Source of the DNA: Spizellomyces punctatus DAOM BR117
Lineage: Eukaryota
NCBI GenBank assembly: GCA_000182565.2
Contig: KQ257451.1
Length of the DNA: 64,000 bases
Reading direction: 5' to 3' (one strand)
Shown piece by piece: positions 40,827-51,737 of the stretch (its first letter is position 1; the number at the start of each line of letters is the position of its first letter). The notes under the pieces are model-generated. The model searched no databases. It was not told where the DNA came from and saw only the letters and a program-made list of their open reading frames with translations. Made by a program: the position numbers and the translations under genes.

Positions 40827-42063
40827 ATGCCGTCACCTACACAACCGTTATCGGACACTGCCCGAAAGGCTGTGCGAGATTTGCTGCTTATTTACTTTTG
40901 TAATTCGGAGATTAACGGAACTGTGGCAAACATTCCAAAGAATGTAATATCTCACGAAGACTGGGTAGCTGGATGTCAGTTCTGCGTATTTTGATCTCCG
41001 AATATGTAGGTGGTTGCTGAAACTACGTTTCCTGCACAGGGATACCCATATCGACTCTGGCCTCTTTTAAGCGTCTGCAAGCAATCACCAAAGACCCGCT
41101 AGAAATCGCCCGAGCGGCTGTTGAATTAGCGCCAGCCATTTTCGAAGCGAGCCCTGATGGAAGCAGACTTCGAAGAAGAATACCGTATGATGAAAAATAT
41201 GCTGCAGAAATAGATGCTCGAGAAGCCATTTCTCGAAACATTGTGCAAGTGCACGGGTTTGGAGCGTCCACTGCGACGACTGAAGTGCGTGCATACTTTG
41301 AGAGGTTTGGGCCGGTAGTGCAATTGGCGGCTGTGGGGCCGGTAGATAAAGGCACTTTCCACGTCGAGTTTGCAAATGTGGAAGATATGGTCAAGGTTCT
41401 TGCACAGTCTCATATCTACGAAGATATGCAGATACAGGTTCAAGGGAAGAGTAAAAATGTGCGAGAGCCATCCACCCCATCTGCCGCAAGAGCAGCAGCG
41501 ATTTCATCCCTCGAGACTCATGCGGGAGTCACCACGTATCCACATAACCGCATCGTTCAATTTGTCCTCTCTGATCCGCAAATCACAAAGCTTGCCATCA
41601 AGGTTGCTGCGGAACAATTTGCATCTGTGCATTCTATTGATCTGGAACGTGACGCGGAGGCGGGGTACATTCGATTCAAAAAATCTGTAGCAAAGGAGGT
41701 GGTGAACGTAATTGAGCGACAGGGTGGATTACAAGTGAATGGAGAACGAGTCGAACTTCGATCCCTTGAAGGTGGATGTCTTGTTTTGTGTTTGTTTTCC
41801 TGCCTGTTCATGATCTTAATACTCCCTTGTTCAATCGTTCAGGTGAGGAAGAGAGGCTTTATTGGTCCGTCTCCAAGTATCGCGCGGAAAATAGCGAGTT
41901 GCCCAAACCCCTCGATGCACAGTCTCGGCGCGTTCACAGCCGCCAAGAAAGACGAGCGGAACGCGCGCCGTACAATGGGCGTAAGACTAGACGTTCGAAG
42001 AACAAGGCACCACCGCCAAAAGTTAAAGTGGATGAATTGCAAGCTCTTTTACAGGGGCTTTGA
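40827..42063 (+). CDS. La-related protein, LARP7/Pof8/p65-like (degenerate La motif, RRM, xRRM); 3 exons
   Basis: La-motif tail W|IPISTLASFKRL...DGSRLRRRIPY. RRM VQVHGF...KGTFHVEF. Second RRM SIDL...GYIRF...LEG|EEERLYW, followed by a basic tail. Confidence 0.75.
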
Positions 42064-42205
42064 TCCTGTTTATTTAATTGTAGCTTTTTGTGTATTCTTG
42101 TTTAATATTATCGTACATATTTGGTCTAATTGCGCATGTTACAACTCTACAGACAATACAAGCCGTGATGTAAGTTTTACTTGCAAGCAAAGCTGTTTAA
42201 ATACT

Positions 42206-42781
42206 CACGTGTGTATGGAAGCTGTACATTTACAATATACACACTTGCAAAAAGACAATAATCAATTGCCACCCATACACATCGGAGCACAAGGAGCAAT
42301 CTTAATTCCTATTCATGAGCAAGTGCCCTCGTCGATAGGTTCATGTCATTTCCTTTCCTGTTGTTGTTGTTGTTTCCAACCCAACACACCCTTATCGAAT
42401 GTGTTTTTTAGGCGGACATTATCGGCGGGAAATGCGTCCAACCTCCGCCAATAACTAAAAAAAACGTCTAGTTCTAGGTCCTTTTGATCACCCCCCGACC
42501 ATCCAAGTTTCTGATGACGAGAGAACTCTACGATTGGGTCAAACTTGCAATCCACGTGTTTTCTAGTCATGCTGATTGGCTCAAGATTGTAAAGAGAAAA
42601 ATAAACCGGCGAATCCCGTCTGCGCATCACGAGGCTTTTCAAACGTTCCCAGGGCACTGGTTTCGGTTATCTGTTGCCCAAATGAAACCGACCCCTTATT
42701 GATACAAACGCACGTGCAAATTTATAGCGTCACACAGGCACTGCACGCGAGCGACTGGGTTTTCGCACGCGACTGGGTTTT
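42206..42781. promoter_or_regulatory. Upstream region of the bHLH gene with three CACGTG E-boxes and a GCGACTGGGTTTT direct repeat
   Basis: CACGTG at 42206, 42553 and 42711. 13-nt repeat at 42751 and 42769. Confidence 0.45.
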
Positions 42782-43018
42782 TGGCTGATAACCTCCCCCA
42801 TGTGAAAATGTTTTTCCCATCGATTTCCGCCCATTTTTTTTTTTTTTCCTATCATTGGCGTGTGCGTGCGCGTAAATGATGGCAAGTTGTGTTTTAGATA
42901 GGGTCATTTACAAAGATACAAAAGGGAAACGGAGGGGGAGATTACCCTTGTGTTTTTTCTATAAATTACGAGACTTTTTACTTGTCCCCCCGCAACACAC
43001 ACACACACTTGTTAAAAG

Positions 43019-43855
43019 ATGGAATTTGTTGCTTATCATCACCAGCACCCGATTGAACAACGTCCGCAACACTTGTACCGTCCAGTGACGACGACCATGC
43101 CACAAGCTTCGCAAGCGCCTCGGTATATGCCATACCCAGACAAACAACAACAACAACAACAACAACAAGAACGGCAATCGCTTCCTCCCGTCGCTTCCGT
43201 CTTTCACCCACAGTATGCCCAACGGCCGGCCTTACCGCCTCCTCATCATCTCGTTCAGCCGTCATACCCACAACCACTTGCAATGATCAAACAAGAGCCT
43301 CGCTCTCCTCCGTCACGTCCGGACGAAAAGACAGACAAGGAACTCTTGCGCAAAGTCTCCCATTCCGCCATTGAGCGTAGAAGACGAGAACGTATTAATG
43401 ATAAGATTATGCAATTAAAGGGGCTTGTGCCTTCCTGCGCCCACCAGGAAAATTTGCACAAGCTGTCGATTCTCCAAAACGCGATTGATTACATTCGCCT
43501 TCTCAAGGACCAGCTCGAACACCAGGAACAAGCGAACAAGAAGCTTCAGCAACAGCAACAGCGATTGGAACCTTCTCCTCCGCAAGCACCTGGGCCTTAT
43601 GAGCGGAGACCAAGCATGTGCAGTCTCCCTTCTCCCATTCCGAACCCGTCGTCTCCTGAAGACAGGCCCGCCTACCCGATATCCTCCCCCTTATACCGAT
43701 CCGATTCCGAATATGAAATGTCGAGGAGAGAAGAGGTGACGGGTCTGCTGATGCTATCTGGCATAAGGCCTTCTCCGGAACCCGCCGCTTCCACTCCGCC
43801 TCTTCCCGAAAAGAAGCCATCGCGGCCCATGTCGGTGGGCAGCTTGCTGTGCTAG
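43019..43855 (+). CDS. bHLH(-zip) transcription factor, intronless
   Basis: RKVSHSAIERRRRERINDKIMQLKGLVP...KLSILQNAIDYIRLL, with Q/P-rich flanks. Confidence 0.92.
   Translation: MEFVAYHHQHPIEQRPQHLYRPVTTTMPQASQAPRYMPYPDKQQQQQQQQERQSLPPVASVFHPQYAQRPALPPPHHLVQPSYPQPLAMIKQEPRSPPSRPDEKTDKELLRKVSHSAIERRRRERINDKIMQLKGLVPSCAHQENLHKLSILQNAIDYIRLLKDQLEHQEQANKKLQQQQQRLEPSPPQAPGPYERRPSMCSLPSPIPNPSSPEDRPAYPISSPLYRSDSEYEMSRREEVTGLLMLSGIRPSPEPAASTPPLPEKKPSRPMSVGSLLC
43145..43168 (+). repeat. (CAA)8 microsatellite encoding polyQ
   Basis: Eight perfect CAA repeats in the bHLH CDS. Confidence 0.95.
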
Positions 43856-46139
43856 TCTCCTTTTAATTATGATACGAATGGAAAAAGGGTTTTATTTTTA
43901 TTTTTTGTACCATGATTAGTTTGCTGGTGTGTTGAGCTTGTGTGTATATAACATAGATCGTATTTGGAAAAAGACTCTTTTTTTTTTTGCAACTGTCGGA
44001 GTTTTGCTTGCTTGGTTCAACTTTCCCGGTTTCCAAAGGGATTCCGCGTGTTAAATTCATTTCTACAAGTATGATCGACTTTAGGAGCAGGGACAAACGT
44101 CCTCCTTGTGCGATGACCAACCCGCAAAGGGACCAGCAAAGATCTGGAACTGGGGAAAATGGCAGAGTAAACATTTTGCACGAGCCGGGACGGAAGCGCA
44201 AGGGGGAAACGCGGCGTCGTGAAAGCCACGCAATTTGCCTGAAATGCAAATCTCGGAGGTCAGAATGATGTCGTTGCTCTTTCTACTTGGAATGCTTAAT
44301 TATCGATATGTACCATCAAGCCACTACAGGCCAGGGTCGCCGGAATGAGCAACCCGCCGATCCTGGTGCGAGTAATGGAAGATAAACATTTCTCCGTGGA
44401 CTTTCACAAGGTGGTGCGTATTTGATATTTCACGAGCTTTTTTGCACTCTGGCGGTGGATGCCCGCCAAGGCATTGCATCCAAAGCAAAACAAAGGCACC
44501 CACGCAGAAAGGTAACGGGCGTACTTCTCCATGAAATGTCGTACCGCCAAGCGCCCGAAATGACAGACTCCATCCAAATCCAGGCCAGTGCATGCTCCAC
44601 CTGCACATGCAAAACATGCAGCAGCTGGAGCGGGCTGCTGTGTGAATGCTGGTCGGGCGGGTCGGAAGCACATCACTCAGCAAAAAAAAATCTCATGTGA
44701 AAACAAAGAGCCACTGAAAGGCGCCCTGAGTTAATAAATCGGTTAATTAGATGACTTCAAACCAAAAGGCCACGCCACGAGCCTGCAGCTTCGCCCAACC
44801 AGAAACAGTTGACCAAACGTTTTCCCCCAACAAAAGTTTCAACAGCTTGTTTGATGCGGCAGGTAAAAAGTTGCATTGGATTTTCATGCTCTCGACATAC
44901 AGTACGGGCGCGCTATGTCGTCTACCGCCCGGAAGAGAGATGCCATGTGTATCCTAGAGTTCATGACTTGCTCGAAACATGGAGTTGACGAGAATGCTCG
45001 TTGTCCAAGGTACGTACGGAGAATCGATGACCATTCAAGACTTTGGGGCTCACTGGGAGAGTCGGATTATCCTTGTCAGTCATGTTTGTTCCCACCTTTT
45101 GCATTGTCCTGTGGTGTTGACCTTTATGATTCCTCTGAAACTTTAGTCACACGACAAGGTCCATCAGCACGAGAGAAGAGCAGGAGCGAACGAGACTGGG
45201 GTGATTGTCAGAATCCCATCCACTGCCTCTAAAAGGCGCCTTCCCGTGACGACCACCATTTCTACCTCCTCAGATAGAGAATTGCAGATCAGAGAAAGCG
45301 CGGGGTTCACGGTAGGATTCCCCCGGTCTTGTTTTCTGTATCTATCGTATCCGACCGAGTATATCGATGGCGGGGATACGATCAAAAGGAAAATCTTTGG
45401 ATGATAAGAATGACCAAAGATGCAATCAAAACGTTGCACTGCAATGTCGCGTGCCTGTCAAACATTTCCATTGCGTCGAGCGATGAATGACGATCGGGGC
45501 ATGGGCAGTGTCGGAGCGTGCGATGGAAAACAATGGAAATCAAAGGCCATTGAAAGAAACGACACCGCCGAAGGACCACAGCAAAGCCGAGCACGAGTCT
45601 GTCCACGTGCTCATGTGCATGGGCTTCTTCTTTTTACTGGTTTTTCTTTTTTGACACCAACCGTTGACCCACATGACGATTCCTGGGCGGCCGCAAAAAC
45701 GTGGTGTGTAGCGTGTTTGATGTTTTGCATCTTTTAAAGTCGCCAGCCATCAGTTTAGATCACTTGTTCGTTTTTCCGTCGAGCAGATTACTTGTCGCAT
45801 TGTAAAAAGTGATTGTAAAAGGTGACCAATGGGTCTCGACCAGCTCTCCAATATGCTACTTTGTTATTGCGCAATAAATCGTTTTGACAGTGTCATTCCG
45901 CTGGTCAATGGCTAGCATTACGTAATCCGACGAAGCCTTGCCCTAGATCAATCCCCCCAAAAGTGGTCCTTGGAGTGTCAACCAAGTTTAAACATGTTGT
46001 TAAATTTGACAATGCAAACTGTAGGGGATATGTTCTGGATGACGCGCGCGCAAATAAAGGGATACCAAAACAAACAAACTATATACAACATCCCATCTTG
46101 CATCACATCTGTCGTCGTCTGCTTCTATTGCACCAATAC

Positions 46140-47988
46140 ATGACGGTCAGGTCTTCCAGCCTTCTTTCCATTCCTGGACATGTCCGCCCGTCGTTAGATG
46201 TTGAGAAGGATGCAGCAGGCGAAATGGAGCGGCTTTTGTTTGTGGAGAGAGGAGAGGACGAGGAGGAGGACAGAGAGGGAGAGGAAGTTAGGGGAGCCCC
46301 CAGTGGTACGTTACTTGCAACTGGTAATCAAAATGTTTAAGCGTGCGTTGAACGCTATTATGCAGTGGTATCGTCGACTGTCAACTTGATCAATACCATA
46401 CTTGGGACACAAATGCTGAGGTAGGCTAAAAGTCCACCAAAGCAACCAAGCATCCGCAAGTTCTAATTGCATCGATCATGTCAAACCAGTATGGCTTACG
46501 CATTTGGAAAACTCGGTCCTGGCCTCGGAACTATCCTCCTTCTCCTTTTCGCTTTTTTCACTCGCTCATCGCTGCGTCTTCTTGTCACGTCCGCTCAACG
46601 AATCCCACACCATGACACGCGCAACGCTCGCCTAACAGAGCCCGGCACGCCATCCTATGCAACGCTTGCCCGCGCAGCGTTTGGGAATTCTGCGGCACCA
46701 GTGGTGGATGCCATGATGGTTCTTGCGTGTCTTGGATTTGCGATTAGTTATCTGGTGATGCTCATGGATGGGATGCCGAGAGTTCTTTGGGAGGTTGTGC
46801 CGGGATGGGATGGAAGTGGAGCATGGATTGTGCAAGTCCTAAGTGGAGGCAAATTTTGGTTGTTTGGTATGCCTCAATATCCAATCGCTGGGTTATCTAT
46901 TTCTCAACAGCTTATCCTTTTTACTCTGAAAATAGCGTCGCTCCTTCTCATTGTCCCACTTTCCTTTTCCCGTGATGTGGATGATTTCAAATGGTTCTCT
47001 GGCACGGCCTTGGCTTGTGCAGTCTACATGGCCGGTGTGGTCGTGTATTGTTATTTCAGCGGTGAAGGCCAACACGAAGGGCCACGGGTTCCAACCACCT
47101 CGCCTGAGCGGCCATGGTTTATTTTCACGGATAAAGCGATGGGTGTTTTGCCTATTTTTGTGTTTGCTTTTACCTGTCATCAAAATGTGAGTGCAATAGG
47201 TTCAGAGTTCCTTCTTGGCTTGTCGTGGATACTAATCTTGGCTTTCGATAACGAAGATGTTTGCCATCTATAATGAACTTGCGGCTGCGGAGAAAAATGT
47301 AAAGGTTGCGCGCAGCTCCGACCCAGATGTGACCCTCCGCCATATTCATCTCATTACGGATGTCTCGGTTGCGGCCTGCTTTATTATTTACTTTGCAGTA
47401 GGAGTGGCCGGCTACCTCACCTTTGGCGACAATGCCGACATGGTGTTGTTGAATAACTGTAAGAGCCACTTTACTTTTTGTTTACCTCATGCAGTGTGCT
47501 AATCGCTATACTGCTTTCTCCCAGATGCCGCGATCCCAGCAACAACATTAGCACGAGTCTCCTTTGTTCTCCTCTCCGCATTCTCTTACCCCATCCAACT
47601 TCATCCATGCCGTGCGGCCCTCGACTCGCTCTTGATGCATTTTAGTCCGGCCAAGGCCCGGCCGACTCTGCATCATTATACCTCTCTACAACATCTGACA
47701 CCAGGACAGTCGCCACGACATCGAGAGTCTATCATTCGCAAACGTATGACATTATTTCTTTTGGTACTCAGCTATCTCTGCGCCGCTTGCGTTCCTCCAG
47801 CCATGTTGGATAAAATACTAGTGTTTCTTGGTGCCACGTGTGGCAGTGCAGTCTGTTATGTCTTACCTGGAATGATATTTAGAAAGGTGGGTGAAGCTGG
47901 GGAGGGGTGGGAAGCATTTGTGGCTGTTACGGTGGAGGTGATTGGGGCTGCTTGTGGTTGTGTGGGCATCGTGTATTGCTTGGTGTGA
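46140..47988 (+). CDS. AAAP/Aa_trans amino-acid transporter (Avt5/6/7- or SLC38-like)
   Basis: NLINTILG, SYATLARAAFG, LPIFVFAFTCHQN, GYLTFG, FSYPIQLHPCR, LGATCGSAVCYVLPG. Confidence 0.9.
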
Positions 47989-48296
47989 ACGAACTGGGCG
48001 GGTAACATTAGACATATACCTAACAATCAACTAATCACGTATTGTTTTGGCCGAGATTTGAACGGTTGTTAATGCTCAGAATGAATTATATCAATATGCT
48101 TTTATTTCCGTGTTGTTGGTGGATGCATCGTGCTGGGTAATAGTCAGGTTTTAAAGGAAAGGTCGGCTCAAAAACCGTAAAAGCTCACATGCCCAAAGTT
48201 AAGCTTACGTTGCTGTGAGGTGACACGGTTTGTTGCTACGGTGATCAGAACAAATTACTAGTTGGAGCGAGGTTCGGTTTATTCTGACCTGCGACA

Positions 48297-50030
48297 ATGC
48301 GTCCTTCGATAACCAGCTGCAGGCGGCTACTCCGCTCTCAAGTGCATCTGCCGGCCAGGAAAGGAATCGTATCGAGACCTTGGAGCTTTCACATTCTTCA
48401 GACGCGACTTGCATCACACACCACATCCTCACCAGCCCTCGACCCCTCCACATTCAATGCCCGTACAGACGATACCTTTGAACCAAACCTCGCCACAACC
48501 AGCAGTACATATTCCTCTCCACAGTCCCGATATGACTTTCTCTCAGCTTCACTTATCACCAACCCAACCTTCCTTGCCCTGGACGATCTCCTTTTCCTTT
48601 TATCTGCCGCGCAATTAGGTCCCCTAACTCCGGATGCTGTTGCAACACTATATAAGACCCTACTGAGCATTCCTGCCAAGCGCTTTGTTTTCAGTACACT
48701 ACATTTCAATCAGCTTCTTTCTCATCTTCTCTTACCATACGAGGATAATTTTGACCTAGCGGTGCCCGTAAAGGTCCAAAGGCAAGTGGATCAATATACA
48801 TCTGATCTTCGCGAGCTCGGATTATCGCCAGACGGAACTACGCATGCTTTTCTCATGCTATCCCGCAAGGATCATCATGAGCGAGTCTTGTCGACCTACG
48901 CTGCTATACCGAACCACCTGAAAAAGCAACTTCCAATCGTCGCATTCAATTTGCTGCTCCATTTGGCACTCTCCAGCGCGGATAAGCCCATCACCAAGAG
49001 TGGACTCTGGGAAATCTATACATCAATACAAAAGTCGCATGCCCAACCAAATATTCTCACGTTTGAGCTGTTGTTGACGGCTGTCGGGCCGCGGTTGAAA
49101 GACGGAAAGGCTTTCAGAAGGATCATGTTGCGACTGGGTATTAGCGATCTGGAATGGAGGAGACAAAGTTTTGCTGCAGCCTTGCAAGCGACTGCAGAAT
49201 GCGGTGATGAAAAGGGTCTCAACAGAATCATGTACAAACTGAGAACAGCCAAAATTCCGGTTGACAGGTAGGTTGGTCTGAACGCCAAGACATGAAATTG
49301 TAAAGAACTTACTAAATACCGCCTTATTCTGAACCCCTTATTGTTCAGAACAATTCTGAACGGCATTTTGCGCTTCTGGATCAATGGGCTACGTCCTCGC
49401 GCAGCAATTCGACAATATCACCGTCTCACCAAGCAATTCCCGTCAACGCTACTGCCAACATCCTCTGAGACATATATACTATTGCTTGAATCTTGTGCGC
49501 TGATACCCAGCTGTGCAACTCCAGGGGATGAGACAAACGCTAGAACGGAAGCACAGGAAAACGTGGCTATCATTCGAGAAGAAATGGTGAGGAGCCTAGA
49601 TACGATTTCCGTTCAGACTTTTGAGTATCTGGCCAAATGCTACATTCGCTTGGACGATCCTCGAAACGTGCTGCTTACGTTTGAATATGTGAAGAAACTT
49701 GAAATGGGCGGAAACCCATATGTCCCTGGTGCTTTGATGCTGGAAGCTGTGGCCGAAGCACATGGAAGGATTGGCGACTTGAACGCGATACGAGAGTTTT
49801 TAGATGAGGATGTGTTCGTAACGGAGACATTGGTGGCACATTATGGGGCCGACCAGAAAGCGTCAGATATAGCCACGGTAGAGCCATTTGAGGGCACCTA
49901 CGAAGCGCTATTATCGGGCTGGCTGGAGAGTGGGAACGAACCGACGGAATTGGTGGATCTTTTGACGGAAATGAGAAAGACTGAAAAGAAGAGAATGTCA
50001 AAAGTCATCGAGGACCGGATGGCTCGGTAG
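48297..50030 (+). CDS. Pentatricopeptide-repeat protein, probably mitochondrial
   Basis: Arg-rich leader and PPR-like motifs (LSPDGTTHAFLM, QPNILTFELLL, PTSSETYILLLESC, PFEGTYEALLSGW). One intron at ~49269-49349. Confidence 0.7.
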
Positions 50031-50180
50031 TTTATAATATTTAGTTTAATACATGATTGGGGCCTTTCCCAAAAAACTGTCATTGGTGACTGCTGACTCA
50101 GCTGTCGATCAAGCCGTCATGCCTCACCTGACCGCGTAACGTCAACCATCCACCTCCGTTCCTGCATCTCAATATCTCCC

Positions 50181-51318
50181 ATGGCAGGCGAGATATGCAG
50201 ATTCTTTAATCGCGGTGATGGTTGCTTCAGAGGGGACACTTGCAGGTGAGCGTTGTTGAAGTTTTCTGACTGTTATAACCCAACATCGTCCCAAGTCTGA
50301 CTCGTGGGCAGGTTTAGACATGTAGATGGTGACGGGGACATTTTTCCTCCCACGCACGATGGGCGGTCCTTGATACCATGTCGCTACTTTTTGCGAGGAT
50401 ACTGCGCCAAAGGGGGAGCCTGCCCATATCGACACGACAACTCAGGCGCAGAACAGTCGGAGACTGCTGTAGAAGGAGATGGTTATGCGACCACCACAGA
50501 CGACGAATCAATATGTGCCATTTGTTTCGATCCACCCTTGCAATTTGGCTTACTTTGTAAGTTTTGTACGTCAGTTTAGCAAAGATTGAGTTTGGTCTCA
50601 TAATATTCTTTCACTAGTGGGATGTGATCATATTTTCTGCGTAGGGTGTGTTCGAGAATGGCGCAACAAGAAGAACAAAACCGACGACTTGGCTGGCTCT
50701 TCAGTCATTAAAGAATGTCCAGTATGTCGGTCGCCGTCTCCGTACGTTGTCCCTTCCTCTGTACACGCAACTGGGCCACGTAAGGAGGTTGTCATTGAGG
50801 CATACAAAGCTCGTCTTTTGCGAATTCCGTGTCGATACTTTGAAAATTCCCGACCTGATGATCGACGGTGTCCGTTTGGAAATGAGTGCTTGTATGCACA
50901 TAATGATGAAGCGGGCAATCGGGTTGACTGTAGTCGTCCATCAGACCGCGCTGCGAGTAGGATTGCAAGGCCCAGGTCTAGATCACGATTTATGAGGGAA
51001 GCGGAAGTAGCCGGCGAGCGGGTTATTCAGTTGCTCCGTGCATGGGTGAGTGATGCTAGAAGAACCATTGCGAGCGATGATGAGGAGGGAGGAACTTTGT
51101 CAATCACATGGGAAGATGAGGAGGCATGGATGGAATCGGCGGCATACTACTTGCAGGACGAACTATCAGATTGTTACAGCGACGAAGACGACTGGAATGA
51201 CGAGGAAATTTATGCTGATGAAGAGGACAGCGCCAGTATTAATGAGTATCGCATACCATCTTTCTCAGCGATTTGGGAGGAGTATGGCAGCGCGGAAGAG
51301 ACTACTTGGGAGGAATGA
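50181..51318 (+). CDS. Makorin-type CCCH/RING E3 ubiquitin ligase
   Basis: Two CCCH fingers, RING CAICFD...CDHIFCVGCVREWR...CPVCR, terminal IPCRYF...CPFGNECLYAH. Confidence 0.92.
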
Positions 51319-51737
51319 ATACTTTGTACATATTTTTTTTTTCCTTCCTGTTCCCTGATGCCATTTATTCATGTACAATACAAGGTATTTTGTGTTCTGT
51401 AAAGTAAGTCTTTTAACAGCCTATCCAACCTATGATCACATGACTGCGCTGGGATCAAGTCGGAGGTGAATTTCCAAGCTCTCCAAATTCTCAGGAAGCT
51501 TCGGCGCTTCCGTTGCTCCCACAAGATCTGCTTATCAGTGAAAGGCTGCTTTCCACTGTGCCAGCACAGCAGTGCACACCTATTTACCAATCCTCTGATC
51601 CAAAGTGTATCATAGCGCTTCACCGTGATCTTCATTCGAGATCGCAGAGTCAGGACAACACAGTCAACAAATACAGTCCCCCAAAGTGTATGCTATCCAC
51701 ATATCTCTGGCGAGAGTATTAGCCTCCGTCTCTCTGC

